From: Pseudogymnoascus verrucosus
Taxonomy: Eukaryota
DNA: 64,000 nt
Assembly (NCBI GenBank): GCA_001662655.1
Contig: KV460233.1
Strand: one strand, 5' to 3'
Both the position numbers and the translations under genes were made by a program. A model generated the notes under the pieces. It had not been told where the DNA came from and did not search any database. It saw nothing but the letters and a program-made list of their open reading frames with translations. Of this stretch, positions 48,259 to 60,282 are shown in pieces; positions within the stretch are counted from its first letter, which is position 1, and each line of letters opens with the position of its first letter.

Positions 48259-48330
48259 TGCAACTGCCGTGAATCGAACACGAACCTCCACCTTGGAAGG
48301 GTGGAATCCTAACCATTGGACCACAGAAGC
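48259..48330 (-). tRNA. tRNA-Gly(TCC)
   Basis: GCTTCTGTGGTCCAATGGTTAGGATTCCACCCTTCCAAGGTGGAGGTTCGTGTTCGATTCACGGCAGTTGCA; anticodon arm CCACC-CTTCCAA-GGTGG, T-loop TTCGATT. Confidence 0.88.
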
Positions 48331-48626
48331 GGATTTGTTTTTGATGTACTGAGCTTGCCTATTGTGGATTATAAATGAGGGACGGAGTAAAAATGGACCG
48401 TACCAAAAGCAAAAGAGTAAAATTAATACGTCAGTCGGTTTGCCCACCAGACGTCATCAGAGAGTCTTTTATCGATTATCCGTACACAGAAACCTGGTCG
48501 TCGCCAAACACACAAAAACAGCACTCGCCTCGCCTCGCCTATCCCCATCGCCAAATCCTCGTCCTCCATATAAAAAATTAGCAAAAAAAATATACCCAAA
48601 AAAGGCAAAAAAACATCAAAAAGAAC

Positions 48627-48759
48627 AGGTCGTACCCGGGCTCGAACCGGGGATTCGGGAAAATTGTTTATATGTATACACATAATCAAAGTGTTTAATC
48701 CAATTTTGAAATTGAATCCGAATCAAAATCCCACGTGCTAACCACTACACTATACAACC
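48627..48759 (-). tRNA. tRNA-Gln(TTG) with 61-nt intron (48662..48722)
   Basis: 5' half GGTTGTATAGTGTAGTGGTTAGCACGTGGGATTTTGA; 3' half TTCCCGAATCCCCGGTTCGAGCCCGGGTACGACCT; intron at the canonical 37/38 position. Confidence 0.9.
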
Positions 48760-48965
48760 AGTGGATATAACCGAGGACCAGTATTGAGGATTATATAGGT
48801 GATTGTGATGCCTGAGGACGCTCAAGGGACAGTTACAGGGAAACGAACGTTGGCGAGATATGGGATTAACCCTTTCTTTCTCACAGTGGCACTACTTCAA
48901 AGTTTGCAACTATAAAATGTTTGAAAGTAATGTATTGTATTGTATAACAATCCCATTATCCATAA

Positions 48966-50798
48966 CTACACCCGTATCTCCCACAACTTAATCTTCCCCT
49001 GCTCATTCGCAATAGCCAAAAGCGAGCTCGACTGATTAAACGCCACCGCGCTCACCCTCCCCAACGGCGTCTGCCCAGTCGGCCAATTCCTATAAACCGT
49101 GCAGCTGGGGAGATGAATCAACCTCAGCGCATCCCTCTTCCACTTGCTAGAAATGACCAATAACTGTCCATCCGGGCTGATCTCCAAACAACTCGTCGGC
49201 GTCGTCAATTGCTTGAACACCCTCGTCGGCTCTGGTCGATTCGGGATCTTCACCTCGCCCTTGTTCGTCCACGCCCGGCGGTCGTAGATGTTAACGATAC
49301 CGCTCGATGACCCAATAACAACCCATCGATCACCACCAAGCTCTTTCTGCCCACTTCGTCCACCAAGAGTCAGTACCGAGGTGCCAACCGCGCCTTCGTC
49401 TTGCCAGAGCGCGATAAAGGATTTACTCTCAACGCTCCACTCTCCGACCTCACCGCCCTTCCCAGCAATCGTGAGACCTTCTCCATCTCTCCACCACGCG
49501 AAATCAGCAACACCATTCCGTCCCTCGATTCTTGCTGCGGCGATCCATTGGCACGTGTGCGCGTCTAGGATATTGACGATTCCACCTCCCTTCTTCGAGG
49601 AGCCGATCAAACCCATATAGCGCCCACACGGCGACAGCTTGAAGCGCTCCATACTGCGCTGCTCGTCCTTTTGCCCATAAACACTCGTGACCTTTGCAAT
49701 ATCGCCCGTTTCCAGATTCCAGCTATGGAAGTAGCGTCGACGACCAGAGAAGAAAATCTTATCGCCAGTAGGGCCGAGGAATGCGGTAGTGTGTAGAGGG
49801 GTAGATTTTATGTGAACGGAAGTGAGGAGGGGATTTGGAGTCGGAAGCGCATCTGGCGCAATGTGGTGGAGGTAGATGGTTGCTGCTGGCCCGGAGGAAA
49901 GGAGGACGGGGTGGATGGGGTGGAATTGGAGGGAGCTGATCGCGGATGGTTGGACCATGGGTATATCGCGAGTGCGCTGGATGTTTATGACTTCAGGGCG
50001 TAGCTTGCCGCGCTTGGAGTCCGCGGACGCGGTGATGAGGGAGTTGGAGCTGCGGAGGAGTTGTGCGAGGGGTTGGGCGGAGAGCGATTCGTCCATGTCC
50101 ATGTCGTCGTCTGAGAGGGAGGAGCTGGATGAGGCGGAGGACCTGCGGCGGCGTTTGGAGGGCGGCTCGGAGGTGGAGGCCCAGTCGGGGACGGGGTTTA
50201 GGCGCTCGAATTGTCGCCTTAGTCGCTTTACGTACTCTGGTCCCGTCACCATGTCTTCTGCTTCGCTGACTCGTAACTTGCGTAGTCGAGGGTTTCCGGC
50301 TAGGGAGATGGTCAGCCTCTCGTCGTCGCTGTCTTGCCAGGCTGGCTCGTCGCCGTCGGATTGTTCGTCGTCTGATCCGGGGCGTGCTATTAAATCTCTA
50401 TCGTTGACTTCCGAAGGGCCTGCATCCATAAAGAAAAGCTAGAATATATGTTAGCGGGGGTTATAAAAATCGGATGCGCCAAATAGTAATACCTCAGCAT
50501 CATCGACGTCTTCCAGGTTTTCCCCCTCCTCTCCCTCCACATCCAATTGAGATTCATTATCTTCATTGTCCGCCTCAAGATCAAGATCCCCCATCGTTTC
50601 CTGCCCCAGCTGAGCCATAAACCCCGTATCGTCACCAAGCACCAATCTCGCGAGTTCATCCTCATCCTCCCCAGCGTCCATCATCTCCACGCTCTCATTG
50701 TCGCTCTGTTCCCCATTTTGCTGGGAGAACTCTGATTGCGCCTGCTTCTCCACGGACTTTTGATCGCCGGACGATTTCTTTGAGCGTTGTCGTGCCAT
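48966..50798 (-). CDS. UTP18: U3 snoRNP WD40 protein Utp18; complement join(50493..50798, 48966..50438)
   Basis: 'EDELARLVLGD', 'PAWQDSDDERLTISLAGNPRLRKLR', 'LRLIHLPSCTVYRNWPTGQTPLGRVS'. Confidence 0.92.
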
Positions 50799-51187
50799 TA
50801 TTTTCTGGTGGTACTTGGCGTCGCAGCGGCAGCACTGCTTTCTAACTTTTTTTATGATTTTCCGTAAAGATAAAAGACATGGAGATCGGCGCTAGAATTC
50901 GATTGGTCCGTGCGCGACCAGCGACGAAATATTCTGAACCACTTACCACTCATGGGGTTACAGCAGTAACAATTCAGTTTTGATAAATTCATGTGCTACG
51001 CATATTTTCACTTATTTATTGAAACGGTTTCTATGTCTATAATACTATAAGCGAAATTGCTTGTTGAGAATGGTATATTGGAATGGAAGTGATTGGACTA
51101 AATTATCCAAAGTCCCTCTATCTCTACTCCGTTGTTATACACTATGTACCGGCCACCCAGCAGCCTGGTTATACACGCTATCGTACA

Positions 51188-53539
51188 TTAACTGGCCTTT
51201 TTCCAGCTCCCTACAACTGCCATCGCCTCCTTCCCACCATCTCGTACCCTCGAGTCTCCCAGGACATCCGATAGACATCTCCACGGATCTCTCCCACCAC
51301 CCCACCTCAGAACGCTCTCCTTCATCCTCTCCCCCCTTTCCCTATCAATACTTGCCCCGTCCTGTCCACCCTGGAACACCACCTTCCAGATCCGATCTGC
51401 TAGGACTTGATCAAATAAGTAGCTGTAATAGGTACTACCGTAGCCGCTGAGATGCCCGAAGAAACCCTGCCAGCTCGTCCCTTCTGGGTCCTGTGGTAAC
51501 ATCGCATGCTGCCTCTGGATCTCGTGGAACACTTGCGTGGAATCAAATGACTTATCAAGCGGTGCCTCCGAGTGGTATGCTTGATCAAGCATCGCGAGGA
51601 TGATTTGGGACTCGGTCTCCACGCCGCTGAACTGCTTATCAACCGCAAGTTTTTCCTCCACAAGTCGGTATGGGAGGGGTTGGTCAGTCTCATAATGCCT
51701 GGCAAAGAGACTGAGAACAGTAGGATCAGCCGCGAAGTGTTCCATAAGTACAGACGGCAACTCGGCGAAATCGGTGGCACAACGAGTACCAGAGACTTCT
51801 TGTAGCGAGGTGCGGCCTAGGATAGAGTGAATTGCATGGCCCATTTCATGGAAGAGGGTTTGCACCTCGCTGAAGCTGAGGAGACTGGCTTTAGCTGATG
51901 TGCGGAAATCGCAGATAAGCGCGATGGTAGGGAGTTGCCTCAGAGAGCCAGAGGCACGCGAGGTAGCCATGCCGTCGTTGGCAGCCTCCTCAGCCGAGGC
52001 AAAGATGCGGTCGTGGGAAACGGCAGCTTCTTGAACCTCCTCTTCTGCAATTTCACGCGAACAACGGAGTGTGAAATGTGCCGGGTTAGGCGACTTTCCA
52101 GGTCGTGAAAAGAGGTCACAGTAGAGCACAGCGACGTGTCCGTCAGTCTCTGAGATCACATCGAGGCGGCGCACATCGTTGTTCCATGCTTCTCCGTGAA
52201 CGGTTTCTCGAGGTGCAAATCGAATGCCATAAAGTCTTGTAAACAAACGGGACAAACCTTGCATGACGGTCCCAAGGGAAAAGTACGCCGACAGAAAGTC
52301 GGGGTTCCGAGATTTGGAGCGCATGGACGATCGCAGCTGGGACATGTAAAAATCCTTGTCCCAAGGTTGCAGCCTAGCAGATGTGCCATTTGTATGCCTG
52401 TCTTTAAGTTGCTGTAGTTGATCAACCTCCTGCTTCGCCTTTGGCTTGTTCCCTTCGGACAAGGCGCTCAAGAATTGATTGACAGACTCTGGGGACTTCG
52501 CCATCTTATCCCCTAGAGCTAGATGTCCATAGCTTTCGTATTGAGTGAGCTTCGCCAATTGTGCTCTCTTTCTCATCAAGTCATCGAGTCGCCGAATCTG
52601 TGCAGGGGAGGACGTCCTATTTGCAAGAAACAGATCTCTCCGTACGCTTTCATCTTGGACGGATCTGATGGCTGCAATGGAAATGTCACTGTGCGTTGGT
52701 ACCACAGCAGATCCCCACCTCGTGACACTCCTTACTAGGAGGGGATCCATTCCTTTGAGCTTGCCACTTGAGAATTGTAGTTCTCGCTGTGCTGGCTCCA
52801 TGGACTCCACGAAATCATGACCAATTTCACTAATTTCCTGCGATAATCGTACGAACTTTTCTCGAATCGCTTTTGGTAGGGCGATGGCCGATTTTGTGAA
52901 ATCCTTCTTGAGGGCTTGTGCAACAACCATCTCCTCTTCTGTCCATGTTGCTGTAATTTCCGGGTCGGCCATAGCTATCCCCAGCTGCTCATTAAGCCCC
53001 GTTGTCGTGTTCAGAACGTTCATAAACTCAAACATCATAGAGTGAGCTTGCGAGGCAGCGTATTGTATCCTCTCGTCGGGGTGTGTAGCTCGGACAAAGT
53101 CTGAGAGATCGATAACCCGGCATAGCATATCACTCAGTCTATCCAAATCTCTGGCGATGCTTTGATATTCATGCTTCGATGATGCATTCAGCACCTTGCT
53201 CACAATTCGTTTCGCCTTCTGAAGATTTGCATCGGCAAACCGTTCGAATCCTTTGGCATTGACAAGATATCTATTCTGGAAGAGCCCTATATTGTGCCCT
53301 TTCGCGCCGGCTTTGGACGAGGAAGAGAATTCCTTCCAAAAGTCCTTCGAGTCAAATATCTGCCTGAGAGTCCTCTCATCGTGAAGTGCTCCTGGAGCTG
53401 AATTGTCGACTGGTTTTGGTCGTGATTCGCGATCGATATATTGTGTTGCCGTACTATATTGCAGGCGCGTCTGGGCTCTGTATCGGTTTGAAATGCATTT
53501 TGCACATACCCACGGGCGATTACGTGCTACCGTAAACAT
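51188..53539 (-). CDS. OCT1: Mitochondrial intermediate peptidase (M3 metallopeptidase)
   Basis: 'DLDRLSDMLCRVIDLSDFVR', zinc motif 'TLFHEMGHAIHS', 'SGTRCATDFAELPS', 'GYGSTYYSYLFD'. Confidence 0.95.
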   Translation of the reverse strand: MFTVARNRPWVCAKCISNRYRAQTRLQYSTATQYIDRESRPKPVDNSAPGALHDERTLRQIFDSKDFWKEFSSSSKAGAKGHNIGLFQNRYLVNAKGFERFADANLQKAKRIVSKVLNASSKHEYQSIARDLDRLSDMLCRVIDLSDFVRATHPDERIQYAASQAHSMMFEFMNVLNTTTGLNEQLGIAMADPEITATWTEEEMVVAQALKKDFTKSAIALPKAIREKFVRLSQEISEIGHDFVESMEPAQRELQFSSGKLKGMDPLLVRSVTRWGSAVVPTHSDISIAAIRSVQDESVRRDLFLANRTSSPAQIRRLDDLMRKRAQLAKLTQYESYGHLALGDKMAKSPESVNQFLSALSEGNKPKAKQEVDQLQQLKDRHTNGTSARLQPWDKDFYMSQLRSSMRSKSRNPDFLSAYFSLGTVMQGLSRLFTRLYGIRFAPRETVHGEAWNNDVRRLDVISETDGHVAVLYCDLFSRPGKSPNPAHFTLRCSREIAEEEVQEAAVSHDRIFASAEEAANDGMATSRASGSLRQLPTIALICDFRTSAKASLLSFSEVQTLFHEMGHAIHSILGRTSLQEVSGTRCATDFAELPSVLMEHFAADPTVLSLFARHYETDQPLPYRLVEEKLAVDKQFSGVETESQIILAMLDQAYHSEAPLDKSFDSTQVFHEIQRQHAMLPQDPEGTSWQGFFGHLSGYGSTYYSYLFDQVLADRIWKVVFQGGQDGASIDRERGERMKESVLRWGGGRDPWRCLSDVLGDSRVRDGGKEAMAVVGSWKKAS

Positions 53540-53775
53540 ACTCTTCTCCTCTCGCTCACATAAACATGAAAATATACAAGAAATTCGATATAGAACCCAG
53601 CGCCGTCGTTTGGTTCCCGGTTCTGGAAATAAGGTTTATACGCGCCGCCGCTTTAAGAACTATCCGATAGCGCATACTTCCGCGATCTGCCGCTGCCGCG
53701 ACCAAGCTTCTGAGCCGACATCAGACATTTCTTCAACTGGTCAATTGAGTGTTTACGCCAGGTTCAATTCAAGCG

Positions 53776-54616
53776 ATGTCTTTCTCTCCGCTCCTGCGAT
53801 CGGTAAGAATAATTGAACAATTCATATCGACAAGAGCTAACTGGTTATAGAGGGCAATTGCACCCGCAGCCACTGCTTTGGTGGGCGCGGCTGCCATCCT
53901 CTATCCCAAAACCACTCTCCATGCCGAGGAGGTTAGATCAGAAGACGTATGGTATTCGCCTGGAATATATGTATCACAATGCTAATAATGTACAGTCCAA
54001 GCGGAAATCGATATACGATGACGAGCCGACAGCCCCCGCATCAACAGGCGCCGAGTCGTCTTCGCTCGTGACAGCTACCCGTCAGGCGCAGAAGTCACGC
54101 CAGTCACCTACCGACCAACTTGCTGTCCAAATTGGCAAGACTCGTCTGTTCATCCACGCACATGTCGCCGCTGCCGAGGATAAGATCAACTCGGCGATGG
54201 ACTCCCTCTTAGCCCTCGAGAACAACTTCACAAGCACGATCGCTTCTTTGGCGCCATCGCGTGCGTCCGGCGAGAGGATCATGCCCGGTGCTGTATACGT
54301 GCTTGTTGCCGCCATGGCTGGTAGCATTGCCACCCGCAACCGCAGCATACTTCTCAGAGGGTCCGCCCCTCTAGCAATCGGTGTTGCGGCCGGCTGGGTC
54401 GTTCTCCCGGTAACCATGCGCAACGTCAGCGACTTGCTGTGGAAGTACGAGCAAAAGTTCCCAGCTTTGGCCAATGGGCACTTGAAGGCGAAATCTGGCA
54501 TTGAGCGTGCGATTTATATGACAAGGGTGCACACAGAGCAGGCGGTTAGAGTTGTTGACGAGAAGGTCGGCGAGGGAAGGGAAGCGGTTGAGGGATGGGT
54601 GAGCAAAGGGAAATAA
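53776..54616 (+). CDS. MICOS subunit Mic26/Mic27 (apolipoprotein O family); join(53776..53802, 53851..53946, 53996..54616)
   Basis: 'RKSIYDDE', 'SPTDQLAVQI', 'SGERIMPGAVYVLVAAMAGSIATRNRSILLR', 'LPVTMRNVSDLLWKYE'. Confidence 0.88.
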
Positions 54617-54883
54617 ATGAGCTGCGGTATGAGTCGAGCTACTGTACAAAACTTCCCTTTTTGTTTAAGATATAAAATAAAGCATTAGAAATCACGTCAG
54701 TATGGAATCATCTGTTAGAACTCACGGCCGTTCTCAAGCCGAGTCCGCTGGTGAATTTTGCTCAAACAACAAGCCACAATTAACATTATCCTGTAGGGTT
54801 TTTGCTAACAACCTCACTCTCAAATATACAAACACCAACACTAGTCGTCTGCCCACAACATGATTCTCCTGTCAAAACCGGAT

Positions 54884-55900
54884 TCATGGTTCGTCATGGG
54901 CTATCAAAGGAGGGACTGGGGGACCGATTCCCTGTTCTGGGTTAAGCAATTGTCCTACTCCTATAGCCGTCCTAATTCTCTGCACGTTGACTAGCTTTCC
55001 GAGGAGATTCGCTTCTTTCCGCTCGCTGTGGTAGTCGGTAGGAGTCAACTGACTGTCTAAGCCAATATATGGCGGCATGTCAAGTTGATATGCAGCTGGG
55101 ATCAAATACCCATACGGGTTGACTCCTCTATGACTATCAGGGCCCCTGTTTCTGTGCTCTGGTTTTTCGATTTGGCTGACACCTCCATCACCGTCAGGCC
55201 TGCTGTTTCCGTTGTCTGGATTTTCGATTTTGCTGACGGCTTCATTACCAACTGTCCCCTCGTCTCCATTGTCTGGTTTTTCAGTTTGACTGACAGCTTC
55301 ATCATTAACTGGCCCCCCGTTTCCACTGTCCGATTTTCCAATTTGGCTGACACCTCCATCACCATCAGGCGCCCTGTTTCCTATGCGTGGGTTTTCGATT
55401 TGGCTGAGGATAACGCAGTATCGGGCTTCACAGCTATCCGGCGTATATTCTCGGTTGCTAATGTTCTTTGCACGCGATTCCTTTGTCATCTGGCGTGAAA
55501 TTCGGGGCCAGAAGGCCAGTATCTCGAAGCCGTAGCGGGCTCTTATTCCAGGAGGCGTGGCATATGGGATTTGCTCGAGGAGAAGACTGTCTTCCGCGCC
55601 TGTCCAGGGGCTATCTGTGTCTGGGATGCTGTACCTCGGATTTTGATATTGCCCTTCGGGATAAAGAGGGTGTGGGCTGCCATGAATATACTTGCTGGGC
55701 GCGTGGTGGTAGTGGTGGAGCGTTCTATGGCTATCGGGTTCGTTATTTGGAAGCGTAGGTAGCATGATTAAACGCTCCTCCTGACAGGCCTGTTCCAGCC
55801 GGTCCAGCTCTCGTCGGACGAGCTCCTGCCGGACGGGCTCCCACCAGGCGGGCTCTAGCCGGGCTTGCTCTACTCGGGCTTGCCCCTGCTGGGCTTCCAT
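54884..55900 (-). CDS. Hypothetical protein with a Myb/SANT-like segment and 19-aa tandem repeats
   Basis: Intronless frame from MEAQQGQ; 'PWTGAEDSLLL...FWPRISRQM...TPDSCEARY' fits Myb-like spacing. Confidence 0.55.
   Translation of the reverse strand: MEAQQGQARVEQARLEPAWWEPVRQELVRRELDRLEQACQEERLIMLPTLPNNEPDSHRTLHHYHHAPSKYIHGSPHPLYPEGQYQNPRYSIPDTDSPWTGAEDSLLLEQIPYATPPGIRARYGFEILAFWPRISRQMTKESRAKNISNREYTPDSCEARYCVILSQIENPRIGNRAPDGDGGVSQIGKSDSGNGGPVNDEAVSQTEKPDNGDEGTVGNEAVSKIENPDNGNSRPDGDGGVSQIEKPEHRNRGPDSHRGVNPYGYLIPAAYQLDMPPYIGLDSQLTPTDYHSERKEANLLGKLVNVQRIRTAIGVGQLLNPEQGIGPPVPPLIAHDEP
55125..55410 (-). repeat. Coding tandem repeat, 57 bp x 5 (VSQIEKPDNGNRGPDGDGG-like)
   Basis: gctgac anchor at 55175 and 55232 and continuing at a 57-bp period. 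Confidence 0.88.
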
Positions 55901-56324
55901 TGTGATTAGTAGAATATTAATGTAACTCATATAAATTCTTGTGTATTTATGTTGGATTGTTTGAACCAAAAGAGGTAAAACGAACTGCTGTCTTAGTTTG
56001 ATGTCCTGAAAATAAATCTATAGAGGGAAGGAGCGATGTTGAGTCGAAGACTTAGTGTAAGTGATATAATATGAAGTATATGAAATGAAAACGGCCAACA
56101 AATGACCGCCTGGAATGGTTGGAGCACTAAGAGTAATAGAGGGTTTCAAGTCCATGATGATATATATAATCATGAGAGCTATTTTGATAACTCAGTTGTA
56201 TTTAATATTACCTTCTGCCGGCCTAATCCGCCCAGAATTTAAACCCCAAGGCTTGTGTTAGAGCCTTGGGACTTGTAAAATCTAATAGTTGTCAACCTGG
56301 AACGTTCCACAGTTTGTCCCCATC

Positions 56325-57999
56325 TCAAGACTTGTCTTCCATCTTCCTCCTTTCCATTACTTTCAGCACATCCGCCGCGCTATTAGCATCACCCTTCCTC
56401 TTCTTCGGCCCACGCTTCCTCTTAGCCTTCCCATCGCGTCCACCTTCATCCCCATCATCGTCACCGCCCCAATTAGAAAGCTTGATCTTCTCATCGCCAA
56501 AGTCCTCCTCATCAGCAAACCTGCTGCTGCCAAATCCCATGTCAATATCATCAGCATCGCGATCCTGCGATTGAAGCATCTTCTGAAGCTTTGTCTCGCG
56601 CGCCGCGTCTTCTTCTGACTTGGCTTCCTTGACTTGACCCCCGATTTGCGACGCCTTTTTCAATGCAGCCAGAATCGTAGCATCTCCAAGAGCGGGCTTG
56701 GCGGAGGTTTTGGATGTCGTTGCCGTCTCGCCGAAATAATTCCTTGCTTTGACAACAGCTTTGGGTCGTGGAGGCGGTGGCATAGACAGCTTATCAAGTG
56801 AAGCCTTCTCCTCTTCAGGGGTTTGACTCGGACTCGGGACATCCTTGCTCGGTGCCTTCGCAATTTCGCCATCTTCGGCCTCGACCTCGGAATCCACATC
56901 ATCCTCTAAGCCAGCGAGAGGATCATAGTCGTCTCCAGCATCATCGAAAATGTCAAAGTCCTCATCTTCTTCAATCGTTGGGGTCGGTATATCAGGAACC
57001 TCCATTCCGAGCGGTGCTGCATCTTTATCCGGCATTAACAAGGCATGCTTCTCTTCTTTTGGTTGTTCCACCTGCACCCGTCTAACCTTTCGCTTCTCAT
57101 TCCCATGCTCATCCACAGTTATAAGCACTTCTCTCCCTCTTTCATCCCTTTCGATCCTTGGCTCGGCCCTTGAAGCGCCCACCTTCTTAAACTTCGTACC
57201 GAGTGAAGGTCCAGCCTTCGCTTTCGCCTCTGCCCTTGCGGCCTTCAGTTCAGCCAATATCTGATCTCTATTCCTCTTCTTTCCAGGAACTAAAGATGCC
57301 CTTGCCATCTCTCCGTGCTTAGCCACCTTCTCCCGGGCCACAGGGACAATCTCTTTCTCTTCCAGCTTTTCAAACTCGTCGTCGACGTCAACCTCATCTT
57401 CTTCCGTTTCCGCACTTTCATTCGATTTCCCTTGCAGCACATCTTCACCCCTTCTAACCCTCTCCAATAACTTGTAGTCGAGCCCCTTCATCAAATGCAC
57501 ACTGTTCACATCCCCACCAATAATCTCATCTCGCAGCTTCTCAAAGGTCGCTTGGTCGATTTGTTGTAACTTCATCATCTCCTCCAGTGCCTTGACTCTT
57601 TCCGCCTTCTCATCCTCCACCTCAGACTCTCGCATTTGTGTTCGATCAACATATCCACTTGCGAGTTTTGCGCCTTTCGGTGCGGCAACCGATCGGAATT
57701 TCTTCGTAGGCTGCTGCCCAGAGGCTTCTCGCTGGCGCTCTGCAAGTTGTCGCGCGAAATCGTTGCCTCCGGAGGTGGCCACAGATCGGCTAAAAGGGAC
57801 TGTTAGTTCTCATTCTGGTATATAGGTAAGAGGGGGGGACATACGGTGTCATAGGTATGCTTGAACGCATCCGTGAACCAAGGGCTGTCGCGCCACCATC
57901 GCGGCGTGGGGTGGCGCCGAGTGTCGCCTTATTATCGCCATTAAGACTCTGCCGCGCAGGAGTATCAAGTACCAGCTTCCGAAACTGCTGATTGTTCAT
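56325..57999 (-). CDS. RED/IK-like nuclear (spliceosome-associated) protein; complement join(57845..57999, 56325..57789)
   Basis: 'MNNQQFRKLVLDTP', 'LGSRMRSSIPMTPRSV', 'GYVDRT', 'GGDVNSVHLMKGLDYKLLERVR' (RED-like N-terminal motif). Confidence 0.8.
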
Positions 58000-58323
58000 G
58001 GTGACGGTTGTTGCAAGAGAGTGTAGAGGGTTTGGGTTGTGGCAATGGAGTGCAGCACCAGTTCACATCAGCGGCGATGCGAGGCTGCGCTTTGATGGCG
58101 AGGCTGTCGACTTAAATTTTGGTGCTCACCACTTATCAGCTCATCCCTATCTATCGAAAATCTAATGGTAGAATTCCTCCCTCTTATTTTGATTCTGGGT
58201 AACTGGCCTATTGAAAAGTTGAACTGCAATATAATAAATTATAGCTCTGATCGTGAGTTTCTATTGATCTATAGTTCTGAAAAATACTCAATACAACAAT
58301 GAGTTTTATGAACAATTCCCACA

Positions 58324-59771
58324 TCAATTCTTGCCCACAGCATTTATCGCATCTGCCTTCTCCAAACAATCCTCAATAACTCTCCAAAAGTTCTGCACAT
58401 CGAGACTTCTCGGAATCTTCACTCCCTCTTGCCCCGGCGGCAAAAGCGTGGCGATCGTCCTCCCCGTTTCCGTCTTCCCCTCCAGAGCTTCAGCGTGAGT
58501 ACCCTCCGTGATAACCTTCACGTTAAACCTCTCACGTCTACCCTGTTGTCCCTCCTCATAGTCGTATAACGCTATGGCGTATTCAGTGCCTTCAAACATT
58601 GCTGCTACTGCAATTGGATCATGGAGGGGTGGCCCTTCTGACAATCCGAAAACTTTGTCGTATGTTTCGGCGAAGAAGCATAGTAATTCAACCAGCATAG
58701 TTCGGAGAACTGATGGGGTTGAATCAGAAGGGCCTTTCTTTCCATAATGCAATAGTTTGATAACGTCTTTATTGGCGAGGACCTGGTGAGAGACATCTAG
58801 AGGGATAAGAGTGGTCTTAGCTGCCAACTCAGGGAGGTCGAATATAGTTGCTGCTGCCTCGGGGTCTACAACTATATTGAATTCTACCCGGTGTCAGTAA
58901 ATAAAAATCAACGTTCAAGTAACTCACCTGCATAAGGAGTCCAATTCCCGTATCGTTCAGTGCTACCCACCTTGCCCATCGGTGCAGCAGTAAACCCACC
59001 ACCAATAGCGCCTCCCATGATAGAAAGGCCTTTAAGATGCCCAACTACAGCTGGGTACTTCATAACCAGCCTGGCAACATTTGTTAATGTGCCCGTTGCC
59101 ACGAGCCAGCAGGTGTTTGGGGGTGTTGCAAGTATGGCTTTGGCCATGGCATCAACTGCTTCAATCGACAAATCCGCTGGTCGAGCTGGCGTTGGAAGCA
59201 GGTCAGTTCCAGCTAGCCCGGATTCACCTGGGAAATTTGTTAGCAGCTATACCTTGAGATCCAGCGAAGCGTTTCTATGCCGAATATTACATACCATGAA
59301 TAGCATCAGCATGGACGGCAGGCCGAACCAGCGGCTTGCTTGCCCCTCTGTAAACCGGGATATCTGGTTTCCCAATAGCCGTCAAAACACTCCCTGCGTT
59401 TGCCGTCGTGTTGACTAAGGCTGCATTTCCATGAACGGTACTTATGCCCAAAAGATCTGCGGCTGGATGATGAGCTGCTAGTAAAATAGCGAAGGCATCC
59501 TATAAATGGTGGTTAGCAATTAGTCGCGGGTTGAGATGTCCATATGTCCTAGAGTCAAGGTTTCCAGCACTCGAGGGCGGCAAAGATTGGTCTATCATGC
59601 ACAGAATTTGGCACGAAGACGCGCCACCGTCTAATAGACAGGTGTTGTCAAGCAATAAGGGGGACAAACATCATGACCTTACAATATTAGCCACAGCATC
59701 CGTAACTTGATAGAAAAAACTTTACCAGGATCGCAGTCTAGCCATACAGGTATTTTATTGGTTAACGTCAT
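58324..59771 (-). CDS. URH1: Inosine/uridine-preferring nucleoside hydrolase; complement join(59726..59771, 59670..59677, 59295..59499, 58928..59227, 58324..58883)
   Basis: Spliced 'VWLDCDPGHDDAFA', 'IHGESGL', 'GNWTPYAEFNIVVDPEAA', 'PPLHDPIAVA'. Confidence 0.9.
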
Positions 59772-60282
59772 CTGAACAGCGAATATTCAAAAAAGGAGCC
59801 GCCGGGCTGTTGCTTTGGACGATATTGAATCCCTGATATCCGGACTCCAGAGCGTGGGGTACAAATGGGCCAACCCCGCGATCTGTTTACGTAGGCCAAA
59901 TAGCGGTTCCACTTTTTTGGGCTTATATTCACTTTTTGGCTATTTTAATTTATAGATTGACATTTCATGATTATTGTACTGCCAATTGCATGCGAATGCG
60001 AAATTTTAGGGAGTTGAAGATGATTTATTTGATTGTGTTGTAATGCAAAATGGAAGTTGTGATCAAAGCGTAAATTCTTGAGAGATAAAATAATATATGG
60101 AAATAAATACAAGAAACTATTTTAGCAGTTGATATAAATAAACAAAACAATTATATGTATCAATATTAATACACAAATTTTATTTACTGTCCAGTACCAG
60201 AGTTCATGTAGCCGCTTCAAATTAAGAAAAATAAAATACAAACACAAATACACGTCGAGTATCAATACCGACTGATCCCCAC

